A DNA stretch of 45,958 nucleotides, taken from Chthoniobacter flavus. Its GTDB lineage: Bacteria; Verrucomicrobiota; Verrucomicrobiia; Chthoniobacterales; JACTMZ01. The translations under genes and the position numbers were made by a program. The notes below the pieces were generated by a model. It did no database searches. It saw only the letters and a list, made by a program, of their open reading frames with translations, and was not told the DNA's origin. Positions 1 to 8,095 of this stretch are shown piece after piece. Position 1 is the first letter of the stretch, and every line of letters starts with the position of its first letter. The stretch lies in assembly GCA_945870655.1 (NCBI GenBank), contig CAMBSX010000003.1, positions 1 to 45,958 on the forward strand. Reading direction: 5' to 3'.

Positions 1-10
1 CGGCCGCGGC

Positions 11-475
11 TTACTTGGCGGGGAGGTCAAAATTCGCCTGCGAGGTCATGAGCCAGCGTCCCCCTTGGCGGATGAACGATGCCAGATACGGTGCGGGGGT
101 GCCCTTGTACCGGCTGCCCTTAATGGTGTATTCGGCCGTGGCCATGTAGCGGACGACGAGGGAAGAGCCGTGACGGGTGGTTTTCATCGGGCCGAGTTTG
201 AAAGCGTCGAGCTCGATTTGGCCGTTACCGACCTTGACCAGGAATTCCGGTTTGTCCATGAAGCTGCCGTCGGCCCTCGCCACCTGCCAACTGGGATCAA
301 GGCTGGCGTCCAGTCCCTTGGTATCGGCGTCTTTGACCTGATTCCAAAAGGTCATGAGCAACTCCTTGGCTTGCGGGCCGGATTTTTTGCCGGACACCGC
401 GCCGTCGCTGGCCAGGGAGCTTGCGCTGCCGGCGATCAGCGCGAAGAGCGTTGCGAGGCAAAAGATCCGCGGCAT
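11..475 (-). CDS. Exported NTF2-like / DUF4440 family protein
   Basis: C-terminal part of ORF 11..916. ATG at 475 gives a signal peptide (MPRIFCLATLFALIAGSASSLA) and then an NTF2-fold pattern (DTKGLDASLDPSW...DGSFMDKPEFL...FIRQGGRWLMTSQ). Confidence 0.7.
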   Translation of the reverse strand: MPRIFCLATLFALIAGSASSLASDGAVSGKKSGPQAKELLMTFWNQVKDADTKGLDASLDPSWQVARADGSFMDKPEFLVKVGNGQIELDAFKLGPMKTTRHGSSLVVRYMATAEYTIKGSRYKGTPAPYLASFIRQGGRWLMTSQANFDLPAK

Positions 476-741
476 GCGGAGACTGACGGAAAAGGGCTTA
501 TACTTCCGGGCGGCGGCGAGTTGAGCTTGAGGACTTGTTTGCATCACCGGCCAAGCTGGCAGCCCGGTTTGCCAAAGGCAAGCACCCGCCGTTCCAGATT
601 GGGGACCGGAACAGAAAGATCTCCGACATGCGGCTAAAGGCGGAAGTTTACCCGGAGACGGTCTCGCCCACCCTCGCCTCTGGCTGCTCCACCTTTTCAC
701 TCGGCCCTCCGTTTTCCGCCCTCTCTGCCCAAACTTCCCCC

Positions 742-769
742 TTGCCCCGGCCAAGTTTCCCGATAATGT
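742..769 (+). promoter_or_regulatory. Putative sigma70-type promoter of rpsO-pnp
   Basis: TTGCCC (742-747), 16 nt spacer, TAATGT (764-769), 15 nt upstream of the rpsO ATG. Confidence 0.35.
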
Positions 770-784
770 TGCGGATTCGCATTT

Positions 785-1036
785 ATGACCAAGACCGCCG
801 TAAGCAGCGCAGCGCTGCACGAGAAAGACACCGGAAGCGCGGACGTACAAGTCGCACGCCTCACCGAGCGCATCAACCATTTGACCGGACACCTGAAGGA
901 AAATGCCAAAGACCACTCGTCTCGCCGCGGCCTCCTCAAAATGGTGGCCCGCCGCCGCAGCCTGCTCGACTACCTGAAGGACACGGCCGCTGAGCGTTAC
1001 ACTAAGCTCCTTGAGAGCCTAAATCTCCGCAAATAA
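785..1036 (+). CDS. rpsO: 30S ribosomal protein S15
   Basis: [26 protein letters not shown]...[23 protein letters not shown]; canonical position upstream of pnp. Confidence 0.98.
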   Translation: MTKTAVSSAALHEKDTGSADVQVARLTERINHLTGHLKENAKDHSSRRGLLKMVARRRSLLDYLKDTAAERYTKLLESLNLRK

Positions 1037-1040
1037 ACCA

Positions 1041-1068
1041 GACCGCCGCGCTCGCGGCGGTCCTTTTG
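1041..1068 (+). terminator. Intrinsic terminator after rpsO
   Basis: GACCGCCGC-gctc-GCGGCGGTC hairpin followed by CTTTTG. Confidence 0.7.
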
Positions 1069-1203
1069 CCTGCCATCAGAACGCACGTCCCCGTCATTCA
1101 TGCCCCAGCCTGGGCTTCAGGTCTCCCATGCGGAGCCTTGTATCCTGTGCTTTGGGATGAAACGGGGCCGGTGTTCACCAACCTAAAACCGTAAATACAC
1201 CCT

Positions 1204-3339
1204 ATGTCACACACCATCATCTCGGGCCCTGTCGGCCAGAACGAGATTACCTTCGAAACCGGCAAAATCGCCAAACTCGCCGACGGCGCCGTCACCGTGC
1301 GCTCCGGCGACACCATCATCCTCGTCACCGCCGTCTCCGCGACCAAACTGCGCGAAGGCCAGGACTTCTTCCCGCTGACCGTCGACTACAAAGAGAAGGC
1401 GGCCGCGGCCGGACAATTCCCCGGCGGCTACTTCAAACGGGAGGGTCGGCCGACTGAGAAAGAAATCCTCACCGCACGTATGACCGACCGTCCGTTGCGC
1501 CCCCTCTTCCCGAAAGACTACTTCTTCGAGACGCAGATCATCAGCATCATGCTCAGCGCCGACGGCGAACACGACCCCGACATGCTCAGCATCAACGGTG
1601 CTTCGGCCGCCCTGGCCGTCTCGGACGTTCCGTTTGATGGCCCGATCGGCGCCGTCCGCATCGGCCGGGTCAATGGCGAATTCGTCATCAACCCCACCCA
1701 TGCCCAGCGCGAACAGAGCGACCTCGACCTCGTTTACGTCGGCAAAGAAAATGAGGTCATCATGATCGAAGGCGCTTGCGACGAACTGCCCGAAGCCGAT
1801 TTCAAAGCTGCCCTCGATTTCGCCCAGGAGCCGGTCCGCAAGCTTATCGCGATGCAACGCGAGTTGGCTGCCAAGTCCGGCAAGCCGAAACGCGAATACC
1901 CCCCCCTTGCGGTGGACAGCGGCATGCTCGAGATCGCCTACGCCGTGGCTGGCGACCGCATCGAGGCCGCTCTCTACACATCGGGCAAAGTCGCCCGCTC
2001 CAAAGCGGTCGGCGCCCTGCGCGGCGAAGTTGAAGCCGCCATCAAGGCAAAGTTCCCCGAGGCAACCCCTTTCGCCATCGGCCAAGCCTTCGACTACCTG
2101 CAGAAAAAGGCCTTCCGCATCAGCATCCTCGACCGCAAAGAACGCTGCGACGGACGCGGTCTGCACGACCTGCGCAAACTTGAAGCCGAAGTCGGCATGC
2201 TTCCCCGAGCCCACGGATCCGCCCTTTTCCAGCGTGGCGAGACCCAGGCCATGGCCCTGGCGACCCTCGCCCCGGCCGACGAAGCGCAGAACCTCGACAC
2301 CTACGCCGGCGGTGAAGCAACCAAACGCTTCATTCTGCACTACAACTTCCCGCCTTTCAGCGTCGGTGAAGCCGGCCGCTTCGGCGGCATGAACCGCCGC
2401 GAAATCGGCCACGGCGCTCTCGCCGAGCGTTCGGTGCGCCCGGTCATCCCGCCGGAGAACGAATTCCCCTACGCCATCCGCGTGACCAGCGAAGTGATGG
2501 AGTCCAACGGCTCCACCTCCATGGCCAGCGTCTGCTCCGGCGTGCTCGCCCTTATGGACGCCGGCGTGCCGATCAAGCGCCCGGTGGCCGGCATTTCCGT
2601 CGGCCTGGTCAGCGAACACGACGAAAGCGGGGCGATGAAGCGCTACACCACGCTGACCGACATCCTCGGCTCCGAAGACCACTTCGGCGACATGGACTTC
2701 AAACTCTGCGGTACGGAAAAAGGCGTCACCGGCTTCCAACTCGACCTCAAGTTGCCCGGTTTGCCCCTCGAGATCCTCAAGCAGGCCATCGATGAGGCGA
2801 CCGAAGCGCGTGGCAAAATCCTTCAGGTCATGAACACCGCCCTCGCCTCGCACCGCACGGAAATGAGCCCCTATGCCCCGCGCATCGAAACGGTGAAGAT
2901 CCCGGCCGACAAGATTGGCCTCCTCATCGGCCCCGGCGGCAAAACGATCAAGGGAATCGTCGCGGAGACCGGCGCCGAGATCAATATTGAGGACGACGGA
3001 TCGGTCCACATCTACTCGAGCAGCGGCGACAGCCTGCGCCGGGCCAAGGAGATCATCTCCGGCATGACCAAGGAAATCGAAGTCGGCGAGATGTACCAGG
3101 GCACCGTCGTCACGATCAAAGAATTCGGCTGCTTCGTCGAAGTCATGCCCGGCAAGGACGGCCTCGTCCACATCTCCGAGTTGGCCGACTTCCGGGTCAA
3201 CAAAGTGGAGGACGTGGTCAAAGTCGGGGACTCGATCTGGGTCAAATGCATCGGGGTCGACGACCGCGGTAAAGTCAAACTCAGCCGCAAAGCCGCGATG
3301 AAAGAGCGAGATCAAGGCGCTGTGCCGGCCGACGCTTAA
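1204..3339 (+). CDS. pnp: Polyribonucleotide nucleotidyltransferase (PNPase)
   Basis: [33 protein letters not shown] and GDMDFK motifs, KH domain (IGPGGKTIK) and S1 domain. Confidence 0.98.
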   Translation: MSHTIISGPVGQNEITFETGKIAKLADGAVTVRSGDTIILVTAVSATKLREGQDFFPLTVDYKEKAAAAGQFPGGYFKREGRPTEKEILTARMTDRPLRPLFPKDYFFETQIISIMLSADGEHDPDMLSINGASAALAVSDVPFDGPIGAVRIGRVNGEFVINPTHAQREQSDLDLVYVGKENEVIMIEGACDELPEADFKAALDFAQEPVRKLIAMQRELAAKSGKPKREYPPLAVDSGMLEIAYAVAGDRIEAALYTSGKVARSKAVGALRGEVEAAIKAKFPEATPFAIGQAFDYLQKKAFRISILDRKERCDGRGLHDLRKLEAEVGMLPRAHGSALFQRGETQAMALATLAPADEAQNLDTYAGGEATKRFILHYNFPPFSVGEAGRFGGMNRREIGHGALAERSVRPVIPPENEFPYAIRVTSEVMESNGSTSMASVCSGVLALMDAGVPIKRPVAGISVGLVSEHDESGAMKRYTTLTDILGSEDHFGDMDFKLCGTEKGVTGFQLDLKLPGLPLEILKQAIDEATEARGKILQVMNTALASHRTEMSPYAPRIETVKIPADKIGLLIGPGGKTIKGIVAETGAEINIEDDGSVHIYSSSGDSLRRAKEIISGMTKEIEVGEMYQGTVVTIKEFGCFVEVMPGKDGLVHISELADFRVNKVEDVVKVGDSIWVKCIGVDDRGKVKLSRKAAMKERDQGAVPADA

Positions 3340-3361
3340 GCAATCTGCCAGCCAATCGCAC

Positions 3362-3392
3362 AAAGGGCGTCCCTCCAGGGGACGTCCTTTTT
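3362..3392 (+). terminator. Intrinsic terminator after pnp
   Basis: AAAGGGCGTCCC / GGGACGTCCTTT hairpin followed by a T-run. Confidence 0.75.
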
Positions 3393-3450
3393 GCTTTCTT
3401 CCCGGCAGGGCTTCGGGCCAAGGTGCTGGGTCTCCCCGGACGCCCTCGCC

Positions 3451-3669
3451 ATGACCGACCAGAAGAAAGCGCCGGCCAAGCCGAAACACGCCCTCGAAAC
3501 CGAAGTCATCTGGGCGGTGATCGGCCTCTACCTTTTCATCGCCGGGGTTCTTCTCCTCATCCACCACCTGCAGCCCGAGGACCGGGAAACGAGGTCCTCA
3601 TCCCCCTCCCCGAGCCACGCGGAGAAATACGGCGTGCCCGGCGGAGCACCACACGCCACCCGGCCATGA
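3451..3669 (+). CDS. Small single-pass membrane protein (72 aa), translationally coupled to corA
   Basis: ATG at 3451; one hydrophobic helix VIWAVIGLYLFIAGVLLLI; its TGA overlaps the corA ATG (ATGA, 3666-3669). Confidence 0.65.
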   Translation: MTDQKKAPAKPKHALETEVIWAVIGLYLFIAGVLLLIHHLQPEDRETRSSSPSPSHAEKYGVPGGAPHATRP

Positions 3670-4631
3670 TCACCGCTTTTTTCAAGGACAACGACACCTT
3701 CCGCTTCACCCGCGAAGTGCAGTCGGCGGAAGAGATGAAGGGTGCTCTCTGGATCGATGTCCTGCGGCCCACGCCGGAGGAAAAAGACATCTTGCGCACC
3801 GCCCTCGGCATCGAACTCACCCTCCAGCACCCGACGATCTACCACGAGGACGACACCCTGTTCATGACCATGGGTCTAGTCAGCAAGGACGAGGAAAACG
3901 CCACCCGGGTCAACAAGCTGACCTTTATCCTCCACGAGGACTGCGTGGTTACCCTGCACGAGATCGAGCTCATGCCAGTGGCCATCTTCGCCCAACGCAT
4001 CCGCCGCCGGACCCACCTCTACGACAATCCGCAGAAAATCCTCTGGGGCCTCCTCTTTGCCCTGAGCGAAACGGTGGCCGACCGGGTCGAAGCTGTCGGC
4101 ACCGACCTGGAACAGCTTTCGAAAGTTATCGCCGAAATGCCGACCGAATTGGGAACCGGCAAGACCGGCACGATGACCGAGATCAGCGAACTCTTGGCTG
4201 AACTCTCGCGCTACGAAGACTTCATCTCGCAGAGCGGTGAGAGCGTGTTGCAACTCGCCCGCGTCGTCCGCTACTTCAACGCCGAGGTCGACGGCTTCGC
4301 CGACGCCGAACTGCAGGCCCGGGTTAACGAGTTGGCCGCCGACGTTGCCGGGATCAAAGACCACCTCGCCTTCGAACACGACAAAGTGCGCTACCTGCAG
4401 CAGGCCTCCATGGGCATCCTCAACATGCAGCAGAACCAGATCGTCAAGGTCTTCACCATCCTCACCGCCGTCTTCCTCCCGCCCACCCTGGTCGGCACCA
4501 TGTACGGCATGAACTTCGCTTACATGCCCGAGCTGTCGTGGAAGTGGGGCTTCCCCGTGACCATCTTCCTCACCTTCCTCTCCGCCATCCTTCCGCTCAT
4601 TTACATCAAGCAAAAGCGCTGGCTGCGCTGA
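3666..4631 (+). CDS. corA: CorA-family magnesium/cobalt transporter
   Basis: WIDVLRPTPEE near the N-terminus; FLPPTLVGTMYGMNF signature (GMN); MPELSW; two C-terminal TM helices. Start refined to MITAFF. Confidence 0.92.
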   Translation: MITAFFKDNDTFRFTREVQSAEEMKGALWIDVLRPTPEEKDILRTALGIELTLQHPTIYHEDDTLFMTMGLVSKDEENATRVNKLTFILHEDCVVTLHEIELMPVAIFAQRIRRRTHLYDNPQKILWGLLFALSETVADRVEAVGTDLEQLSKVIAEMPTELGTGKTGTMTEISELLAELSRYEDFISQSGESVLQLARVVRYFNAEVDGFADAELQARVNELAADVAGIKDHLAFEHDKVRYLQQASMGILNMQQNQIVKVFTILTAVFLPPTLVGTMYGMNFAYMPELSWKWGFPVTIFLTFLSAILPLIYIKQKRWLR

Positions 4632-4637
4632 TCCGTC

Positions 4638-5024
4638 GTGGCGCGGCAAAAGAAACAGCGTATCGCCACCGACACCGCACCCGCCGTGTTCGCCCACCCT
4701 TTCACTTCGCTCGATCTCGGGCCGCTGCGCGATGGGCCAACCAACCCGCCTCCCGAAGCTTTCCCGCCGGCCAAAGAATCAAAAGAACGCCTCCTTCTCC
4801 GCCGCTCCACCGCCCACCGCGGCGGCAAAACCGTCCTTGTCCTCGACGGCTTCTCCCCCGCCTGGGACGCGGCCAAACTCGAATCCCTGCTCCACGACCT
4901 GAAAACATCGCTCGGCTGCGGCGGTAAAGTCGAAGCCCGCACCATCGCCCTTCAAGGCGAACTGGCCGACCGCCTCATCCCGCTCCTCGAAGCCCGCAGC
5001 TTGGCCATCAAACGCGGCTGGTGA
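4638..5024 (+). CDS. Translation initiation factor SUI1/YciH family protein
   Basis: HRGGKTVLVLDG...LKTSLGCGGKVEARTIALQG is the SUI1 signature; GTG start. Confidence 0.88.
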   Translation: MARQKKQRIATDTAPAVFAHPFTSLDLGPLRDGPTNPPPEAFPPAKESKERLLLRRSTAHRGGKTVLVLDGFSPAWDAAKLESLLHDLKTSLGCGGKVEARTIALQGELADRLIPLLEARSLAIKRGW

Positions 5025-5063
5025 AACCATCGCTCGTGGCAAGCGGTCAAGACGCTTGGCTGG

Positions 5064-5276
5064 TCAGTTTCCAAGGCCTGCGAAAGCGGCGGGATCGATG
5101 GCGACCTTGGGGCACGTTTTTCGCAAGGGCTTGTCGAAGGCAAGTAGCGGGACCTTCAGCGCCCAGGCCAGACCAACGAATTCCGCAGCCCAGGCCGACA
5201 CATGTTTCCCGTGCGTCAGATCCAGCTTATCATCGGACGGCAGTGCATCGCGGTGACGCCGGATGCCGGCCAACAT
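5064..5276 (-). pseudogene. C-terminal remnant of a PIN-domain (VapC-like) toxin
   Basis: SAWAAEFVGLAWALKVPLLAFDKPLRKTCPKVAIDP resembles the VapC C-terminal pattern SAYDxEFVALAxxLxVPLVTxDxxL. The N-terminal half and the conserved Asp are missing. Confidence 0.55.
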
Positions 5277-5298
5277 GGTCGCGACATTGGGGTCGAGT

Positions 5299-5395
5299 TG
5301 CCAACGGTTCAGGTTCCCGGTGGCGGCGCCTCTGTGGCTCCCCGGCCACCAATTGGCGTGGTGGGGCCACCATTCGGTACGGCGCCTGGCTCGAT
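5299..5395 (-). repeat. Degenerate integron attC-like site 1
   Basis: Minus strand ATCGAGC...CCGAATGGTGGCCCC...GGCGCCGCCACCGG...GTTGGCA: an imperfect inverted repeat of about 97 bp overlapping the 3' end of the upstream ORF and ending in a GTT core. Confidence 0.55.
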
Positions 5396-5911
5396 TCTTG
5401 GAGGCGGCTCCTTCCATCGGACGATGCAGCCCACAATCGTCAAAAGACCCAGCATCACGATGACCGTGATGACCGTGGCGACAATTCCCTGGCCCGGTCC
5501 GTGACCCCGGGCAAGAACCAGAGGCGTGATGGCCAAATAGAACACGCCGACCACGATGCCCAGGGCCAACACCCACCTTGGAGATTCTGGTCCCCAAATC
5601 CCCATCGACCAGCCAATCAGGTAGGGCAAAATCAATGACCCCCACAACATGGAACGTTCCCCTGGTCCGCCAAACCCTCCGACACTGCTTAACCACCAAA
5701 GTGAACCCACACCAACCGCAACTAAGAGAAACACCATGGCCCGATAGGCAATCAAACGACGTTCTTTTTTGCCGAGGAAGGCGCCAAGGGCAACCAAGCC
5801 GCTGCCGGGAAGGATCAACAGCGATCCCTCCAACGGATCAAGAGCGCCGACCAACATGGCGATGTAGCCCGCAATGGTGAGAAAGTGCGCCCACAGGTTT
5901 TGTGCCCTCAT
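5309..5911 (-). CDS. Hypothetical multi-pass membrane protein (cassette-like gene)
   Basis: 200 aa with about 6 hydrophobic segments. The C-terminal tail EPGAVPNGGPTTPIGG... is read through the attC-like palindrome. Confidence 0.7.
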   Translation of the reverse strand: MRAQNLWAHFLTIAGYIAMLVGALDPLEGSLLILPGSGLVALGAFLGKKERRLIAYRAMVFLLVAVGVGSLWWLSSVGGFGGPGERSMLWGSLILPYLIGWSMGIWGPESPRWVLALGIVVGVFYLAITPLVLARGHGPGQGIVATVITVIVMLGLLTIVGCIVRWKEPPPRIEPGAVPNGGPTTPIGGRGATEAPPPGT

Positions 5912-5976
5912 AGCGTCTCCCTTTCGGTGCCACCTCTCATTGTGGTGGTTCGCCCGTGACCAACGAAGCCTGCTTG

Positions 5977-6102
5977 GCCCGACGACATGGTCAAGCGACC
6001 GCCGATGACGAAGCGCTCAAGCCGTCTCTGCTCATGTTTATCGATCCGCCCATATTGAAACCGAGACTCTCAGCGGCGGATCGCCCGCCTCGCCGGTTCT
6101 GC
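5977..6102 (-). repeat. Degenerate integron attC-like site 2
   Basis: Minus strand GCAGAAC...CGGGCGA(T)CCGCCGCTGA...TCATCGGCGGTCGCTTG...GTCGGGC, 126 bp. Arms 5992-6008 and 6070-6087 pair with one extra-helical base. Confidence 0.55.
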
Positions 6103-6387
6103 GCTGTGGGTCAAACGCTGAAGCCCGAAAGACCACAGGAGTGAATAGAAGAAGCACAAAAGGTAAAATAGCGGGCCGGGAACTTCGACACCGCTGTGAC
6201 TGCAAATAAAGCTGACGGGATAGAACGCGGCCGCACAGAAAACAAAGACCCAAGTCGTGTAAGATGTGTACCAAGGATGTCGCGTCTCGGGCATGAAATC
6301 AACCGCGTGTGGAAGCACACCTAGCGCAATGAAAAGCCCGAATAATACCAGCGGAAGGACGACAAACAGTTTGCGAGCACGATTCAT
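6070..6387 (-). CDS. Hypothetical small membrane protein (cassette-like gene)
   Basis: 105 aa with three hydrophobic segments. It looks more AT-rich than the neighbouring housekeeping genes and ends inside attC-like site 2. Confidence 0.6.
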   Translation of the reverse strand: MNRARKLFVVLPLVLFGLFIALGVLPHAVDFMPETRHPWYTSYTTWVFVFCAAAFYPVSFICSHSGVEVPGPLFYLLCFFYSLLWSFGLQRLTHSAEPARRAIRR

Positions 6388-6514
6388 GATATGCCGAAAG
6401 TGTCCTGGCCGACATTTGGTTAATCTTGGTTTTTACGACCAGTCGCACACGCCTTTCCGGCGAGGAGCGCTTCCGAAACCGGCGTCCCGCCGGCACCGGC
6501 AAGCGCTAAAGCCG

Positions 6515-8041
6515 CTAAGATTTCGCCAGGCACTTTGTCCCCCAACCGCAAGGACCGTAGCAGTCCGGCTTGGAGAAGCTGTGCATCTGCGGGGCCGGCG
6601 GGACGTCACCCGGCTCGAGCTTCACGCTCTTCAGCGTGTCTTCGAGGCGGTTGAGCGTCTCGTCGAGCAGTTCCTGCGGCACGTTGAGCGCCGGTTCGAT
6701 GCGGATACTTTCCGCGCTGATCAAGGTTCCCGCGGTCAATACGCGGCGGTGGAACATGCCCTGCGCGACTTTGTAGCCGACGGCCGATGAGGGGAATTTC
6801 ATGCCGATGAGCAGGCCCTGACCCGTCACCTCTTTCAAAATGTCCGGATAACGCGCCTTCAACTCGTTGAGCTTGGCCATCATGTAGTGGCCCTTGCGCG
6901 CGGCCTGGCCCGGAGTGTCTTCCTCGAACATGACCTCAATGGCGGCCAAGGCGGCCGCACAGGCGATCGGATTGCCGCCGGTGGTCGTGGTGTGCATGAA
7001 GGGATTCGGTTCCATCACGCTCCAGATTTTCGCGGTGGAGAAAAACCCGCTGCAAGCCACCACGCCGCCGCCGAGCGCTTTGCCGAAGCACATGATGTCC
7101 GGCGTGATCCCCGAATGATCGACGCCGAAAAGTTTGCCCGTGCGGCCGAAGCCGGTCTGCACCTCGTCGGCGATGAGGAGAACATTGTAGTGGTCGCAAA
7201 TCGCGCGGAGGCGCGGCAGGAAGTCCGGCGGCGGCACAATAGCCCCCGCCTCGCCCTGCACTGGTTCAATAATGACCGCGGCCATGCTGTCACCCACCAT
7301 GTGGGCCGCTTCGAGTTCCTTCTCCACCGCACAGGCGCAGCCGTAGGGCACAAAGCGCACGCCGTCGAGCAGGGGCAGGAGGGGCTCGCGGAAAACCGCC
7401 TTGCCGGTCACGGACAACGACCCGAGCGTCTTGCCGTGGAAACCTTTCTGCATCGAAATGATGCCCTTCTTTCCGGTGTAAAGTTTTGCCAGCTTCAGTG
7501 CGCCCTCGATCGCTTCGGTTCCGCTGTTGGCGAAGAAACCTTTTTGAATGTCGCCGGGGGTGATGTGGGCGATGACGCGACCGAGTTGCGCGCGCAAAGG
7601 ATCGAGCATTTCCTGCGAGTATTGCGGTGACCGGTCGAGCTGCGCTTTGACCGCATCGACGATTTTCGGATGACGCAGCCCGTAGCTGTAGAGCCCGAAG
7701 CCGCCCAGCATGTCGATGAACTCGCGCCCGAGCGCGTCGCGGATGAGTGATCCTTGCCCCTCCCACTCGGTGAAGGCGAATTCACCGCCGAGGGTGGCCG
7801 ATTTTCGGTGCTCGAGAAATCCCGCGTTGATGTGGTGGGCGAAATTTTCCACCGTCTGCTCGGCAATACGCTGCCGCGCCTCGAGCGAGATGTCCTTGGC
7901 CGGCTTCTTGACCAGATCGAGCATCCACCGCGCTTCCGCCAGCGCGTATTCGTGGTCGCGCAGATGCGGGGATTCCAGATGCTGCGACGGGAGGTCAGCC
8001 GCGTTCGTCGCGCGGGAAGGAGGTGTTTCCGACAGTGCCAT
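6515..8041 (-). CDS. patA: Putrescine aminotransferase (class III PLP-dependent)
   Basis: ENFAHHINAGFLEHRKS, SQEMLDPLRAQL, FFANSGTEAIEGALKLAK, DEVQTGFGRTG, GKALGGG and NPFMHTTTTGGNP match the PatA/YgjG pattern. The start may be 8041-8065. Confidence 0.85.
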   Translation of the reverse strand: MALSETPPSRATNAADLPSQHLESPHLRDHEYALAEARWMLDLVKKPAKDISLEARQRIAEQTVENFAHHINAGFLEHRKSATLGGEFAFTEWEGQGSLIRDALGREFIDMLGGFGLYSYGLRHPKIVDAVKAQLDRSPQYSQEMLDPLRAQLGRVIAHITPGDIQKGFFANSGTEAIEGALKLAKLYTGKKGIISMQKGFHGKTLGSLSVTGKAVFREPLLPLLDGVRFVPYGCACAVEKELEAAHMVGDSMAAVIIEPVQGEAGAIVPPPDFLPRLRAICDHYNVLLIADEVQTGFGRTGKLFGVDHSGITPDIMCFGKALGGGVVACSGFFSTAKIWSVMEPNPFMHTTTTGGNPIACAAALAAIEVMFEEDTPGQAARKGHYMMAKLNELKARYPDILKEVTGQGLLIGMKFPSSAVGYKVAQGMFHRRVLTAGTLISAESIRIEPALNVPQELLDETLNRLEDTLKSVKLEPGDVPPAPQMHSFSKPDCYGPCGWGTKCLAKS

Positions 8042-8095
8042 GATGATGCCAATAGACATCGGCACGCGGGCTCCCGCAAGGGGATTCGGGTTTGT

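Noticed and set aside
1207-3567. 786-aa antisense ORF over pnp (likewise 29039-31027, 36587-38680, 39221-41956, 32966-34339, 20606-22150, 22190-23731, 8231-9460)
   Set aside because: These are shadow or off-frame ORFs expected from high-GC codon bias over well-supported genes, and they carry no recognisable motifs.
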